Shown here: positions 41,400-54,403 of the stretch, piece by piece
Layout of the letters: each line of letters starts with the position of its first letter
Numbering within the stretch: position 1 is the first letter of the stretch
Origin: Chrysomallon squamiferum
Lineage: Eukaryota; Animalia; Mollusca
Direction of reading: 5' to 3'
Length of the DNA stretch: 64,000 bases
NCBI GenBank assembly: GCA_012295275.1
Contig: CM022665.1
Span: forward strand, 42,036,001 to 42,100,000
Made by a program: the position numbers and the translations under genes
The notes under the pieces: generated by a model
What the model was told of the DNA's origin: nothing
Databases searched by the model: none
What the model saw: only the letters and a program-made list of their open reading frames with translations

Positions 41400-43579
41400 A
41401 TATGTATGTATGTGTGTGTGTGTATGTGTGTGTCTGTTTCCTTCTGCCTGTCTCTTTATTTATCTTACTCTCTGAATATCTCTGTGTCTGTCTGGTTGTC
41501 TTTGTGTCTTTGTGTCTGTCTGTCTGGTTGTCTCTGTCTTCCTTTCGTCTCTTTTTGTGTTAATGTCCACTGTTTCAATCAGTTTATATATTTCTCTTAC
41601 GTATGTGCATATATGTTTGTTTGCGTATGTTAATTAAAATTTCTTTTCCCTTTTTAAATGAAAAAAAACTACCTGTCAGTAATATTTCATTGAGCTTTCG
41701 TCTTTCAACAGACATTATATACTGAAAATATAAAATAGTTTATGATAAGATTAACATTTTAGAAATGTTTATAAACTGATCATCCCAAACTTTAACAAAT
41801 AATTAATATAACACATACATTTAACTGCTGTAGACAATGAAATAAATAATGCTGTAAATAAATAACTAACTAAATGGATGAATAAACGAACGAATGAATA
41901 ATATATTACAATTAAATTAAACTAAACTAAATTAATTTTGACAGATTTAATTTTGTAATATCTTCTCTTATAAAGTGGGTTTATATATATATATATCTTA
42001 GGATTTCTCTACCCCCTAAACCGTCCCAAAAGACATTCAAAACTAAGTCTAATAGACAAAAAAAAAAATATATATTATATATATGAATGGCTAAGAAATA
42101 TGGCTTATTTGTTTGTCCCCATAACGATTCAAATAAATTATGTTGTGAAATACGATGACATATGAGGTCTTTTTTTCTAGGCCTTTTTCAGATAAATATT
42201 GTCTCTCAATCATATATAAAATAAAACAGATAACATATCTTGTCTTTTTTCCATAACAATTGAAAAATTATTTTATGAAAAACCCTGATATATCCCTTTT
42301 AATAATTTTGTTGAAATACCATTTGACATAGATGGACAAATTTTTGTGTTTTTGTCATAACGATTCAAATAAATATTTGTTTGTCTCTTTGTCAGACGTA
42401 ATAAAAATAAAACTAAAATAAAATAAACTAGCCTGACATACCTGGTCTTTCTTTCCCATACAGAATGGGTCGCGTGGACCCGTCCAGTTCATGCACCATG
42501 CGACCATACATGGGAATACTGCAGTCCACTACGTCATTCTCCAATCCAACATGGCGGAGAGCGTCGCGACCTCTACTGGACATCGTCAGATTGAGGCTCA
42601 TTCCTCGCACGACTTCTTCGTTTCTCATGTCTTAAACATTGTACAGTATTTGTCAGTTAAAACGTGTCGTTCTTGTTAAAAGAAACAGATAATCAGATCA
42701 GTTTGTAGACTTAAATCTTTCGCCGACTGATCGAGACATTTTGAATTAAGAAGAAAAGCGGACGATGTTAAGATGTTCTTACAGTAATAACCAGGTGGAC
42801 ACGTTTTGTTATTGTTTGTGTCATTTCTTTATAAAATAGTTAAGGGATTATAGAAAAGTGTAGGAAATTATACTGAACTGAATGAAATTAAGAAAGGATA
42901 TTTCCAATAATATATGAGAAATGAATCGTTGTTGAATGAAATTTCGTGAAAAAGATTTGAAAGTAAATGATACTGTAACAGTTTAAGGAACGCTGTATTA
43001 AATCGCTGAACAGTCTAAGCTTTCTAAGTTACTGGTACCAAGAATATAGGTTAACATGTGATTTAGTTTTCACTAAAACAGAAATATCAAAATAACAGAC
43101 TGTCACCTACCTGGTCGCTTGTCATAAACATCAATTCTGAATCCACGCTTTGCCAAAAAGCAGGCGTTGAGCGAACCCACCTAAACAAAGCAGTAATAAA
43201 ATAACTAAACAAAAGCACTTTAGGTAAATTTACTTAAATTCAGATTACGTTTTGTTTCGTCTATTTTACTGATTGTCTTTTCTCCAAATGACATCGAATT
43301 TTAAAACTGAGTGTTTCATTGTCTTACCAGTCCACTGCCAATAATAGCAATGTGTTTGTCTGTTTCCTTAGACATCTTAGTACAGTCCACTTCACAGTTT
43401 GGTCCTCGGCTTCGTGCAGTGTTGTGATAGAAGTGTTTGAGAATTTAATAATTCAACCTGACTTATGACCTGCTGAATTTAGAAACACAGGGCCGTTCCT
43501 GGCTACTTTTAAGAGGGTGGACGTCATGGTGAACTTGTTTAATTCTTTTCGTAGTTTTAGATATAATTAAATCTATCCA

Positions 43580-43646
<67 letters not shown>

Positions 43647-44048
43647 AAACAACAACACACATACATACTCCTACAAACAAACCTCTACAACTACATTTAC
43701 GTCCATCTAAAACCCCCTCTCTTTCCGCTAGCCTTACTGGTATACTATTTAACACCATAAACTATTTTTCACCTTCCAGTGTAGTCTAATCGTACGTAGA
43801 TAACAGTAACTTTATGTGCAAACATGCTCCTACTGTAAGATGCTGCTGTTCTTGACACATTAAAAATTATCCGGTTTAACACTGCGCTGTTTAACTGTGA
43901 GTGGTTGGGAGACAAAAGAGAAACTAATGTATTCAAATATTCCAGCAGCTGGTAATAAAAACAGAACAAAAAAAACAACAGTATTCAGCGCAGAAACATG
44001 AAAAGTGTGATAATTTTACTCAAATTATTTATGACGTTGTCTGTGACG

Positions 44049-44090
<42 letters not shown>

Positions 44091-44160
44091 GCATCCCCCC
44101 CTCTCACACTCTCTCTCACTCTCTCTCTATAAGAAATAACTGGTTCTCTGTCTTAAAATA

Positions 44161-44400
<240 letters not shown>

Positions 44401-45325
44401 TGTCACTATCTTCCTGGGACCCGTCGTTATTATTATTATTAGTGACAGACAATATTTATTTATATATACTAGACTTACATTTTTTTGTTCTTTTTCTATT
44501 TCATATATGTGGGGCACATATGCTGCGTCACATCTAAAAACAGTGATGTGTGTCTAGGGAGACAATGAAAAAAGATTCTATTCTGAGGGACACAAGACTT
44601 GGAACTGACTGGTGGAACTGAGAACAGAAGAAATAAACCAAACTGGAAACAAATCATTTCCCCTGATTCACACCACTGCCAACATACACAACAGTATTTG
44701 AAGTAAAACAAAGCCAGATCTAACAATGCTGTAGATTAAACCACCTTTTGTACATCGCTCTGTCAGATGAACTCAGTCAACTGGGATTCCTAGCTAAAGC
44801 ACTTGTCACATGGTGCAACTTATAATAACAGTCTGCCTAATGTAATTTTTGTTTAAAGTATATGTCAGGATATGAATAAATAATTCAAATATGTTTTATG
44901 TAAAATTCCAATTGATTTTCTGAATATATGAAATAAATTTTCATCACAATCTTAACTAACAATAAAGTATGATGATATATTATAAGGAAAGTTCATCAAG
45001 GATGCTATTTTAACTTTATTTTAAATTATTTTTTAAATTAAATTTTAAAAATCTGAAAGATTGAGTTAAACGTAGTTAAAAAGACTCAGTATGTTAAGAA
45101 TATTCTTGTTTTTGTGTACGAAAAAATAAAAAATAAAATAAAATAAAATATCAGGTGTATATCATAACAACGAACTGTTACGTAACTGATAGCAAAGCCT
45201 AAGACAGTTCAACTTCAGACAGTGCTGAACTGTTTGAGGGTTTTTATACATTATTCAGCTAACTGAAGACTGGAAAATTGTTTCTGATATAGCAATATCC
45301 GCCCAACTTTGTGCACTTCCGTGTA

Positions 45326-45414
<89 letters not shown>

Positions 45415-46340
45415 GAGAGAGTGAGTTTCCGTCTGTGTCTTTCAGTCATCTCATAACTGTTTATGACACATTTTATCAGAACGATCTGTCAGAAAGCAAT
45501 AATATATTTATATATATATATATAGTTATATAAATAAATTATTTTATAAGATTCTCTGAAACGTAGGTGGCAGTGTTATTTAAACACTGAGCAACCCCAT
45601 AACTGGAATACAAATAATATTATATACTATAGCGTGCGTGAGAAGAAAAATGATTTTCACAGAAAATTTGTAATAATAATAATAATAATAATAATAATAG
45701 CAATATTAACAGCAGGTCTTCAGCACAATTCTTTTCGGAAACGAGGCTCTTACGGCGCGCGTTCGAGAGAGATTGATTCTTGTCAGAACGGAAGTCGGAC
45801 CTTCGCGATGAACGACAAACGTGGTGGTCGCCATTGTGAATTACGCTGAAAACGGAAAAAGAGAGAAAAGCAAAACAAACAGTGGACACCGTGCGAGATG
45901 CGTATCAAGTGACCGAGTACGGGATGCTGACTGTACGTTCTGATTAATAACCGAGACATCGTGATGTCGATTGTGAAATTACCATCATTTAGTGGAAACC
46001 CGATTCTCGAGTAGTGAAAAAAATAGCTGCCACAAGAGTTACGAATGTTGTTCGAGATTGATACATTACCAAGAAAATATTTGGTGAAAAAAAAAAAATA
46101 AAATAAAAAATAAAAATAAAGACATTTTGACGAAAAGAAGAATGAACTGTGAAAAGCACGCGTTGTTTACACGAGCGTACGTCATCAGTGCTACTGACCA
46201 ATCTAAAAAGTTATGTTGTTATATAAAAGAGAGATGATTTTGCGATCACCATTTGATTTTAAACTTAGTATTGGGAAAGATAAAAACTTACAGATGTAAG
46301 TATAATGTTTCACTATTTTTATCTATATAACTGTATAATA

Positions 46341-46392
<52 letters not shown>

Positions 46393-46410
46393 TACATACA
46401 TATATTTATA

Positions 46411-46442
<32 letters not shown>

Positions 46443-47324
46443 AACAAACACACACTTACCTACATACATACATACATGCATATATACATACAAACATACA
46501 TACATGCATGCATGCATTTGGGGAATGTAAAAATGTTTCAAGACATCTGTAGAACTAAAACAATTTTCTTAAAGAAAATAGTGATTTTGTTTTACAAAGA
46601 AAAACGGGTCCTGTGTATATGACGAATTATGCATCAGCATTATTATTATTATTGTTATCATTATTATTATTATTAGTAGTATTATTATTATTATAGTTTT
46701 AAAAATTTATTTTGAATTTCTTTGAAAATAAAAAAGGATATACACATCAATAAAATAAATTAATGTCAGCCTCTGTAATCTCTTCGCCCTTGAAGATTTA
46801 ACTGCAAAACTTTATTAGTCATAATAAACGTTTACATATATACAGAATATATTGCATCTATTTGTAGCCACCATTACAGCTATTTTGCAACAATAACCAT
46901 AATTACGTCTTCAGAAAGATTACGTTCAGTCGTTATATCTACACACTCACTGAGTTTCGGCTTTGAAGACCAAAGCCTGCTGACTCTGGTTTGTTTAAAC
47001 ACTGTTTATATTTGCATTGAAAACATGGACGTACTGGGAACTTCGGCATTCTTCGAACAGCATATGGTTTTAACAAATCGTCACATTGGTCTGGAATCTC
47101 AGGGTCTTGGTTGTTTCTAGCTGACAAGTTTGTTTATAACGCTCTTACCAGTAATTATCCCAGCCGAACTGAGAAGAAGATTTAGAATAATGCAGATGTT
47201 TATCGTCAAATAGGAGCAATTCCGCAATTGCTTAAGACTGACAACAAGGCTGGAAGGAAGTCCATTACGCTATTTTACCGTCTTCGACGATGCCCCACGA
47301 TTAGTTTATCAAAGGTTTCTGATG

Positions 47325-47445
47325 TGTGCATTTTTTGTCTGTGAGAAGGTGCATAAAAATAATCCCTTATTGCTAAATGTGAAAGAGCCGGCTGCGGGTT
47401 TCCTCCCTCATTAACTGTTTTGTCCTTAACTGCATAACCTTAAAT
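47325..47445 (+). mobile_element. SINE family 2 fragment upstream of the GPCR start codon
   Basis: TGTCTGTGAGAAGGTGCATAAAAATAATCCCTTATTGCTAA...GCGGGTTTCCTCCCTC, homologous to 31552-31690. Confidence 0.55.
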
Positions 47446-47774
47446 TAACATACATACCATGCATCATGGCCCTTTGATAAAGCAGTCGTAGAGCACTAGG
47501 CCAGAATGGGATATGCTGAGTATAACAGGGTTCCAGGAAAAAGCAGTTTTTAATACACTTTTATAATGATTTGTTAATGTACTAGAATAAATACCGAAAA
47601 AAAAAATGTTTAACTGTCAGCCTGTTGTTTAACGTAGATTTTAAAGAGACTGTAGTTATTTTTTTCACGTTATTATTTTTATCGACCTGTGTGTGTTTGT
47701 CTATGTGTGTCTGTGTGTGTGATTAAAGGAATATTTTAAAAAGGATTTATTATAATTTATATTATAGCTAAACA

Positions 47775-49254
47775 ATGAATCTACTGAACTTGCTGAACAT
47801 TTTGTGTTTGCTGAGTATTTCAAGAATCTCTAACAGAACATCATCCACTGGAACTACTATACTAGCAATAAAAACCGACGATGCAGCAGCAGTAAGATCT
47901 ATAACAGACGTCGCTACAACAACAACAACAACGGCACAGAAAGTATTTATAACTACAACAGCAACAGAAACCGTATCAAAAACTGCATATCCAGTAGCTT
48001 CAGCAAAAGGGTCATCAGTAACATCAAAAAAGAAAGCAGCATCAGCAACTATATTATCATCACCAGTGCTGAATGTTGTAAAATCAACAACAACACCACC
48101 AACAACATCAACGTCAACGTCATCGACAGCTGACAATAACGCCTTCATGGAAAAATTAATGCATGATCATCGTCAGTATTGCGGGCGAAAAGGGATCTGC
48201 AGTGGAAGTCGATATGACAGATGCCATCGATGTGAACCGTGTCAATGCGACGACATCTGCTCCTTGTACGACGACTGCTGCCCAGACGTCATGTCCGTCC
48301 GGACTAACGTCACCGGCAGCAGAAGTCAGCGTTTGCCACGGCAGTGCGTAAGTGACGTCAGCAGAATGTACAGAGACAGGGACGACACAAATGTCACCAT
48401 ACGAGACGAGAAGAGGTACGTCATGGTGACGTCATGTCCGAGCGAGAAAACGTCACAGCTGTGCGCCGACTCGGTTGCTCTTCCTCCTGTAACATCAGCA
48501 GAAGACAACGTAACATTTCTCAACAAAGTCTGCGCGGAGTGTAACAACGTCACAGACTACGTACGTTGGTCTGTTAAAATAGACTGCACGGAACAGCGCA
48601 ACTTCTCATTGTATCAGTCCAAGTCGCAGATAGTAAAGGAAGCTCTTAACGACGAAGCCTGCATTGTCTACTACCGTCCTCCGAACGGGATTAATGCAAG
48701 ACCGTGTTACTATGACGACACGTTAATATCCACGTGCAACGTCACGGGGTTGTGGACGCGCTATGACGCTTTCACTGAAAAAGCTTGTGCCGCGTTTTCC
48801 ACGGTGAAAATTGTGGACGGCCAGAGCTACAGAAATCCTTTCTGCTTCCTGTGTAATTCAGACAATCTGAGAAAACTGCTTTTCAAATGCAGACGAAGGT
48901 CGAATGGCAAACCACTGGCCTTCTCGGCTCTTCTCGATTTCGGCGAAATCTTTCGACCAAGTGAAAAAGATCTCGCAGTAAAGTGTGACGAAGGTCACGT
49001 ATATGACAAAGAAAAGGTAATAGCGCTATATATAGCGTTTTATTTTTCCAGCATATGTAAGATTGTTTGGACGTGTGTGTGTGTGTGTGTTTGTTTGTAT
49101 GTGTGTAAGTTCTTTTTCAAGTATGTTTATTGGTACAGTGGATGACGGGTTTATTATTATTGTTGTTAAATGTTATTTTATCATCGTCATCATCATCATC
49201 ATTAGCAGTAGTAGTAGCAGTAATTATTATTATTACTACTACTACTACTGCTAC

Positions 49255-49320
<66 letters not shown>

Positions 49321-50978
49321 AGGACAAATGTCGGGCTGTTACTTGTTCGCCAGGTAAACACTTGGTCAACATGGAGTGCAAAACAATCTTTACCATGTCT
49401 AAAGGACTTGGATACGAGATTTATTTCGGCGTTGTAAGTCGTGACGTCATCCCTCTCGCCGACTACGACGACCTTCTACACTGGCTTCCAAGAAGACTGG
49501 AAGCCTTCATAACGTACGAATGGTGTGATTCCGAAATTCAGGTGCGCGACATTGTCGTGTCCTACAACACCACAGTTCAAAATGGAACCTGTTCCCAAGA
49601 GACTCAAAACTTTGGTCTGTACGCTCGCTTGTTTACCGTGCAGGACGTGAATCAGGTCCAGTTCGAAGAGCGTCTGCTGTCTCTTAAGCGTGTTAACTTT
49701 AATTTGACCACTGAAAGCAGACAATTCGCTTTAGAAACGTACCCAAGTAGCGAGATGAGTCCCAAAGGAAGATTCACGAAAAGAACGGGATTTCGTAATC
49801 TTTCCTCGTGCGTTATAAGCGTTTCGCTGAATCTGAGTGTGTTCGATTCAGAAGGCCTGATGCAAACTAATCAGATGTATTACATACCAGTGTCGAATCT
49901 TCTGGAATGCCCGCAGATCGAACTGGATCCAGGTGAGTTCGCCGTGGACGCAGATAACCGGCTTAATCTTCGCTGGTTGAACCACTCTCTGGGTGAAGAC
50001 GATTACGAAGAAACAGAACGTGGAACGGTTAAAATCTGTCTGAAACATTTCAAGACTGAAGGTTTGCGAGCACGAAAAGATGACGACATATTAGTCCTGG
50101 TATCCATGATTTGCACGGTTTTGTCACTGGCGTGTCTGTTTCTCACCTTCGCCACCTTCTGCTTGTTCAAACAATTACGTCAGATCCCCGGACAGAACAA
50201 CATGAATCTCTGTCTGACGCTGTTTGCAGCACAACTTCTCTACCTGGTCGGGTCGGGTCAGACGTCGGTGAAAGGGGTGTGCGAGACCCTGGGTATATTC
50301 ATCCACTACTTCTGGCTTGCCGCTTTCTGCTCCATGGCGGTCTGCTCGTTTCATATGTTCAGCGTGTTCACGACGCTGAGAAGTCGAGCGGACTCGAGCG
50401 ATCGAAAACTGAAATTTCTCCAGTACACGATCTTTGTCTACGGCGTCCCTATCATTGTCGTCATGGTCACGTTGATCATTCACCTCATCATCTCGAAGGG
50501 CAAGGAAATCGGCTACGGCGGAAACGTCTGCTACCTCTCTTCGCCGGCCGCTGTTGGTCTGGCGTTTGGCGTCCCCGTAGCAGCTGCCGTGGTTGTTAAC
50601 GGCGTGTTCTTCTTCATGACGGTCAGGTCTATACGTCTGAGTCCCAAGCTGGCGAAGAACAAAGAGGACGAACAACAGATCTTTGTCTACGTGAAACTCT
50701 CCACGCTCACAGGCATCACTTGGATCATCGGCTTTGTTGCCATAGGGACCCAGATCAGAGCCATAGAATACGTGTTCGTCGTTATCAATGCCAGTCAGGG
50801 AGTCTTTCTTTTCCTCTCTTTTGTTTGCAACAGACGTATTTTCAAAATGTTCTCCCAGTGCTGCAGAGGAGACGAAAGAAAAGGAAGGAATTTTAACTAC
50901 ACCAAGGACAGCGATTCAAAATCGCAGACTAGGACAACGTTATTTTCCGTCTCGAATCCAGAAGTGGCAGCAGACTAG
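47775..50978 (+). CDS. Family-B (secretin/Methuselah/adhesion-like, 7tm_2) GPCR with signal peptide, Thr/Ser-rich stalk, somatomedin-B-like motif and Cys-rich repeats; 2 coding exons, ~965 aa
   Basis: Exon 1 is 47775-49016 (donor GAAAAG|gtaata) and exon 2 is 49323-50978 (acceptor ttattacag|GAC), phase 0, joining ...YDKEK|DKCRAVTCSPG.... Features: signal peptide MNLLNLLNILCLLSIS; SMB-like CQCDDICSLYDDCCPD; repeats PVTS..NVTFLNKVCAECN and YRNPFCFLCN; Methuselah-like CPQIELDPGEF...KIC. The seven hydrophobic helices carry family-B motifs (SLACLFLT, HYFWLAAFCSM, YGVPIIVV, GITWIIGF, NASQGVFLF). Confidence 0.9.
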
Positions 50979-51594
50979 ACTGACTAATGCACTGAGTTAC
51001 AGTTCATTGTCAGTTGTCGATTAGAACCAGCTCTGTTTATCAACGGACCAATCAGTGACTACAGATTGTCATTTAGCCAATGTGGTTTCATTTCCACTGA
51101 TACAAGCTCTGTAGTCATGACAAAAAGTAGAAGTACTGCAATGAAAATTACACTGGAATAAAATATATGCAGATTATATTAATTATAAAACTGTATGCAT
51201 ATAGATGTAATCTATTTTAGAAATGTTACATAACCTATTAGTACTCGAAACAAACAAATGATCACATATTCATAACGTCATGAACAACAAACAAACAGCC
51301 CTGACATTTATTGTATATAAATGATAATTCAGAACGTAAAAAAAATATTGAAACGTTTTAAAAAGATGACAGAGAAAAGACGACATATTACAAACCTGAT
51401 GGGTACCTCAAATTGGAAGAATGAACCAACGTATCATTAAAACATCAGTATTATAGAGTCAAGATATCTTTTCTGCAGCAGTCATTAGAACGGGTGTTTA
51501 TATACGCTAAGTCAAATATCATGACTGCATGGTATGTTCCCATATCGTATCGATATATATTTCTTCTTTGTTTTCTGCTGCTTTTGTCTTTCAG

Positions 51595-51736
51595 TATGCT
51601 ATGGCTGTTAACTATTTTCACCTTTGGTCACGAAACGATTTCATGATGACTGCTCTACCAAACAAGGACATGAGGTATATCATGCTGTTTGAAACTGAAA
51701 AAAAGACAAAAACCCATCATGGTCTTCTTCAGACAA
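51595..51736 (+). pseudogene. Degenerate, inverted relic of KMO exon 7 (copy 1)
   Basis: ttgtctttcag|TATGCTATGGCTGTTAACTAT... reads YAMAVNYFHLWSRNDFMMTALPNKD, followed by deletions/frameshift, then ATCATGGTCTTCTTCAGACAA matching KMO-B ATCATGGATTTCTTCAGACAA. Confidence 0.85.
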
Positions 51737-52861
51737 TAACTGCAAATATCGCGATCTGTTACCAGCAGATTTTTGTAACGCTTTCACACATCTGGTCGCA
51801 CTTCAGATGGAAAACATACTTCGGAATGTAATAAAAACTTAAGGCCAATACAGATAGTTTATAACATGTTCCTTGTGTTATCTTTAGACCATAGTACAAA
51901 CAAAAAATATCGCTTCTTGTCAGCTATACATGTTTGCAGAACCCATGATTATAAAATTTTGAATTTTTAAATAGTGTTCTGAGTTGTCATAAACAAAATG
52001 CTTGTTTGGCTGCTTTCTCAGAAAACAAAACTTAATACAGCTGAATATTATGTTGATAAATATAGAGGTATTGTTAAGTATTTGTAAATAAATGTATTTA
52101 TCGCTATGGTGTTATGTTTTTGTCAATAATATACGAATAAACAGATTTATGTGTGTGTGTCTGAAAAACAGAGGAGAAGATGCAGAGAAAGTTAAATAGA
52201 TATGTAGACAAATAAACAGAGAAAAGAGGCAACAAAGTTAAATGCACACACACATAAACAGAGAGATCGGAGGGACAAAGGTAAAGAGATATATAAAGAA
52301 ATAAACAGATTTTTTCTTCTTCTTTCAGTGCATAATTATAATTTTATTGAGAGAAAAAGAATGACATATTTAGAGAATAATTTAGCCATTATTATAGACA
52401 AAAAGGCCTGAGAGAAATATATTTGATCATTAATATTTTCAACTCCTCAGTTCGTGCAAAATAACACGTAACAATTTTTTTTTTTTTTTTTTTTTTAGGT
52501 CTGTACTTCGGAAATTAATTTACATTGTATTATTTATCATTTCGGGCCTGATTAAAAAAAAAAAAAAACGTTAATGACGTCATCTTCCCTGAAAGGTCTC
52601 CGAATGTTTCACTACTTCAAATCACTGTCGTTATAATATATTTATTTATTTATTTATTTATTTTAGCAAGCCTGCAGAAGTGTTGAAATAGTAACAAGGA
52701 AATAATTATGAATGATACTGCACTTCGAACATGTTGTATGAATTATGTTAGAGAAATCAAAAGTAAATAAAATAAATAAATTGAAAATAAAATTAAATAT
52801 GCCAGAATACAATGTGTAGAAAAATACTAAATCACTTTAAATCAGTTTTGAAATATTACAG

Positions 52862-52950
<89 letters not shown>

Positions 52951-53211
52951 TGTGTTAACAACTGCATATAGGAACTGCTGATATAATGTATAAAATCAGT
53001 TTATAATTACACACAAAGAGATGAACACATTTATTTTCCAATACTTCTTGATTGCTACTTTTATTTGACTGTATTATTTTGCCTCATAAATAAGTTATTT
53101 TACATTTAACAACTTAAAACACTATTTTACATATATTATATACAATTTAAAAATAGTATGTATGTATGTATGTATGTATGTATGTGTTGTTTTGCAGTTG
53201 ACTTATAAAAC

Positions 53212-53781
53212 CTGAAATTTCTCCAGTACACGATCTTTGTCTACGGCGTCCCTATCATTGTCGTCATGGTCACGTTGATCATTCACCTCATCATCTCGAA
53301 GGGCAAGGAAATCGGCTACGGCGGAAACGTCTGCTACCTCTCTTCGCCGGCCGCTGTTGGTCTGGCGTTTGGCGTCCCCGTAGCAGCTGCCGTGGTTGTT
53401 AACGGCGTGTTCTTCTTCATGACGGTCAGGTCTATACGTCTGAGTCCCAAGCTGGCGAAGAACAAAGAGGACGAACAACAGATCTTTGTCTACGTGAAAC
53501 TCTCCACGCTCACAGGCATCACTTGGATCATCGGCTTTGTTGCCATAGGGACCCAGATCAGAGCCATAGAATACGTGTTCGTCGTTATCAATGCCAGTCA
53601 GGGAGTCTTTCTTTTCCTCTCTTTTGTTTGCAACAGACGTATTTTCAAAATGTTCTCCCAGTGCTGCAGAGGAGACGAAAGAAAAGGAAGGAATTTTAAC
53701 TACACCAAGGACAGTGATTCAAAATCGCAGACTAGGACAACGTTATTTTCCGTCTCGAATCCAGAAATGACAGCAGACTAG
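53212..53781 (+). pseudogene. 5'-truncated duplicate of the GPCR (TM4-TM7 plus C-tail only)
   Basis: Near-identical to 50409-50978 (ends PEMTAD vs PEVAAD). An in-frame TAA lies just upstream of the junction (tta taa aac ctg), and no ectodomain or TM1-3 is present. Confidence 0.85.
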
Positions 53782-54403
53782 ACTGACTAATGCACTGAGT
53801 TACAGTTCATTGTCAGTTGTCGGTTAGAACCATCTCTGTTTATCAACGGACTAATCAGTGACTACAGATTGTCATTTAGCCAACGTGGTTTCATATCCAC
53901 TGATATAAGCTCTGCAGTCATGACAAAAAGTAGATGTACTGCAATGAAAATTACACTGGAATAAAATATATGCAGATTAATTATAAAACTGTATGCATAT
54001 AAATGTAATCTATTTTAGAAATATTACAGAACCTATTAGAACTCGAAACAAACAAAGGATCGCATATTCATAACGTCATGAACAACAAACAAACACCCCT
54101 GACATTTATTGTATATAAATGATACTTCAGAACGCAAAAAAAAAATTAAAAAAATCGTGAAACGTTTTAAAAAGATGACAGAGAAAAGACGACATATTAC
54201 AAACCTGATGGATACCTCAAATTGGAAGAATGAACCAACGTATCATTAAAACATCAGTATTATAGAGTCAAGATATCTTTTCTGCAGCAGTCATTAGAAC
54301 GGGTGTTTATATACGCTAAGTCAAATATCATGACTGCATGGTATGTTCCCATATCGTATCGATATATATTTCTTCTTTGTTTTCTGCTGCTTTTGTCTTT
54401 CAG

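Noticed and set aside
49017-49145. C-terminal extension of ORF 47775-49145 (VIALYIAF...CVCVCV)
   Set aside because: Read-through into the intron after the GAAAAG|gtaata donor; it includes a (TG)n microsatellite.
50175-50675. 166-aa antisense ORF (with its copy 53203-53478) and the overlapping +frame ORF 50111-50599
   Set aside because: Shadow ORFs caused by the C/G-ending codon bias of the GPCR TM region; no independent evidence.
51370-51430. Possible relic of KMO exon 6 (TATTAC..CAAAC..GGGTACCT..TTG) upstream of the exon-7 relic
   Set aside because: The position is plausible, but the similarity is too short to support without an alignment statistic.
52590-52630. PERSPNVSLLQ resembling KMO exon 5 (EEFPNVTLFFQH)
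   Set aside because: Short match, no acceptor, and wrong order relative to the exon-7 relic; probably chance.
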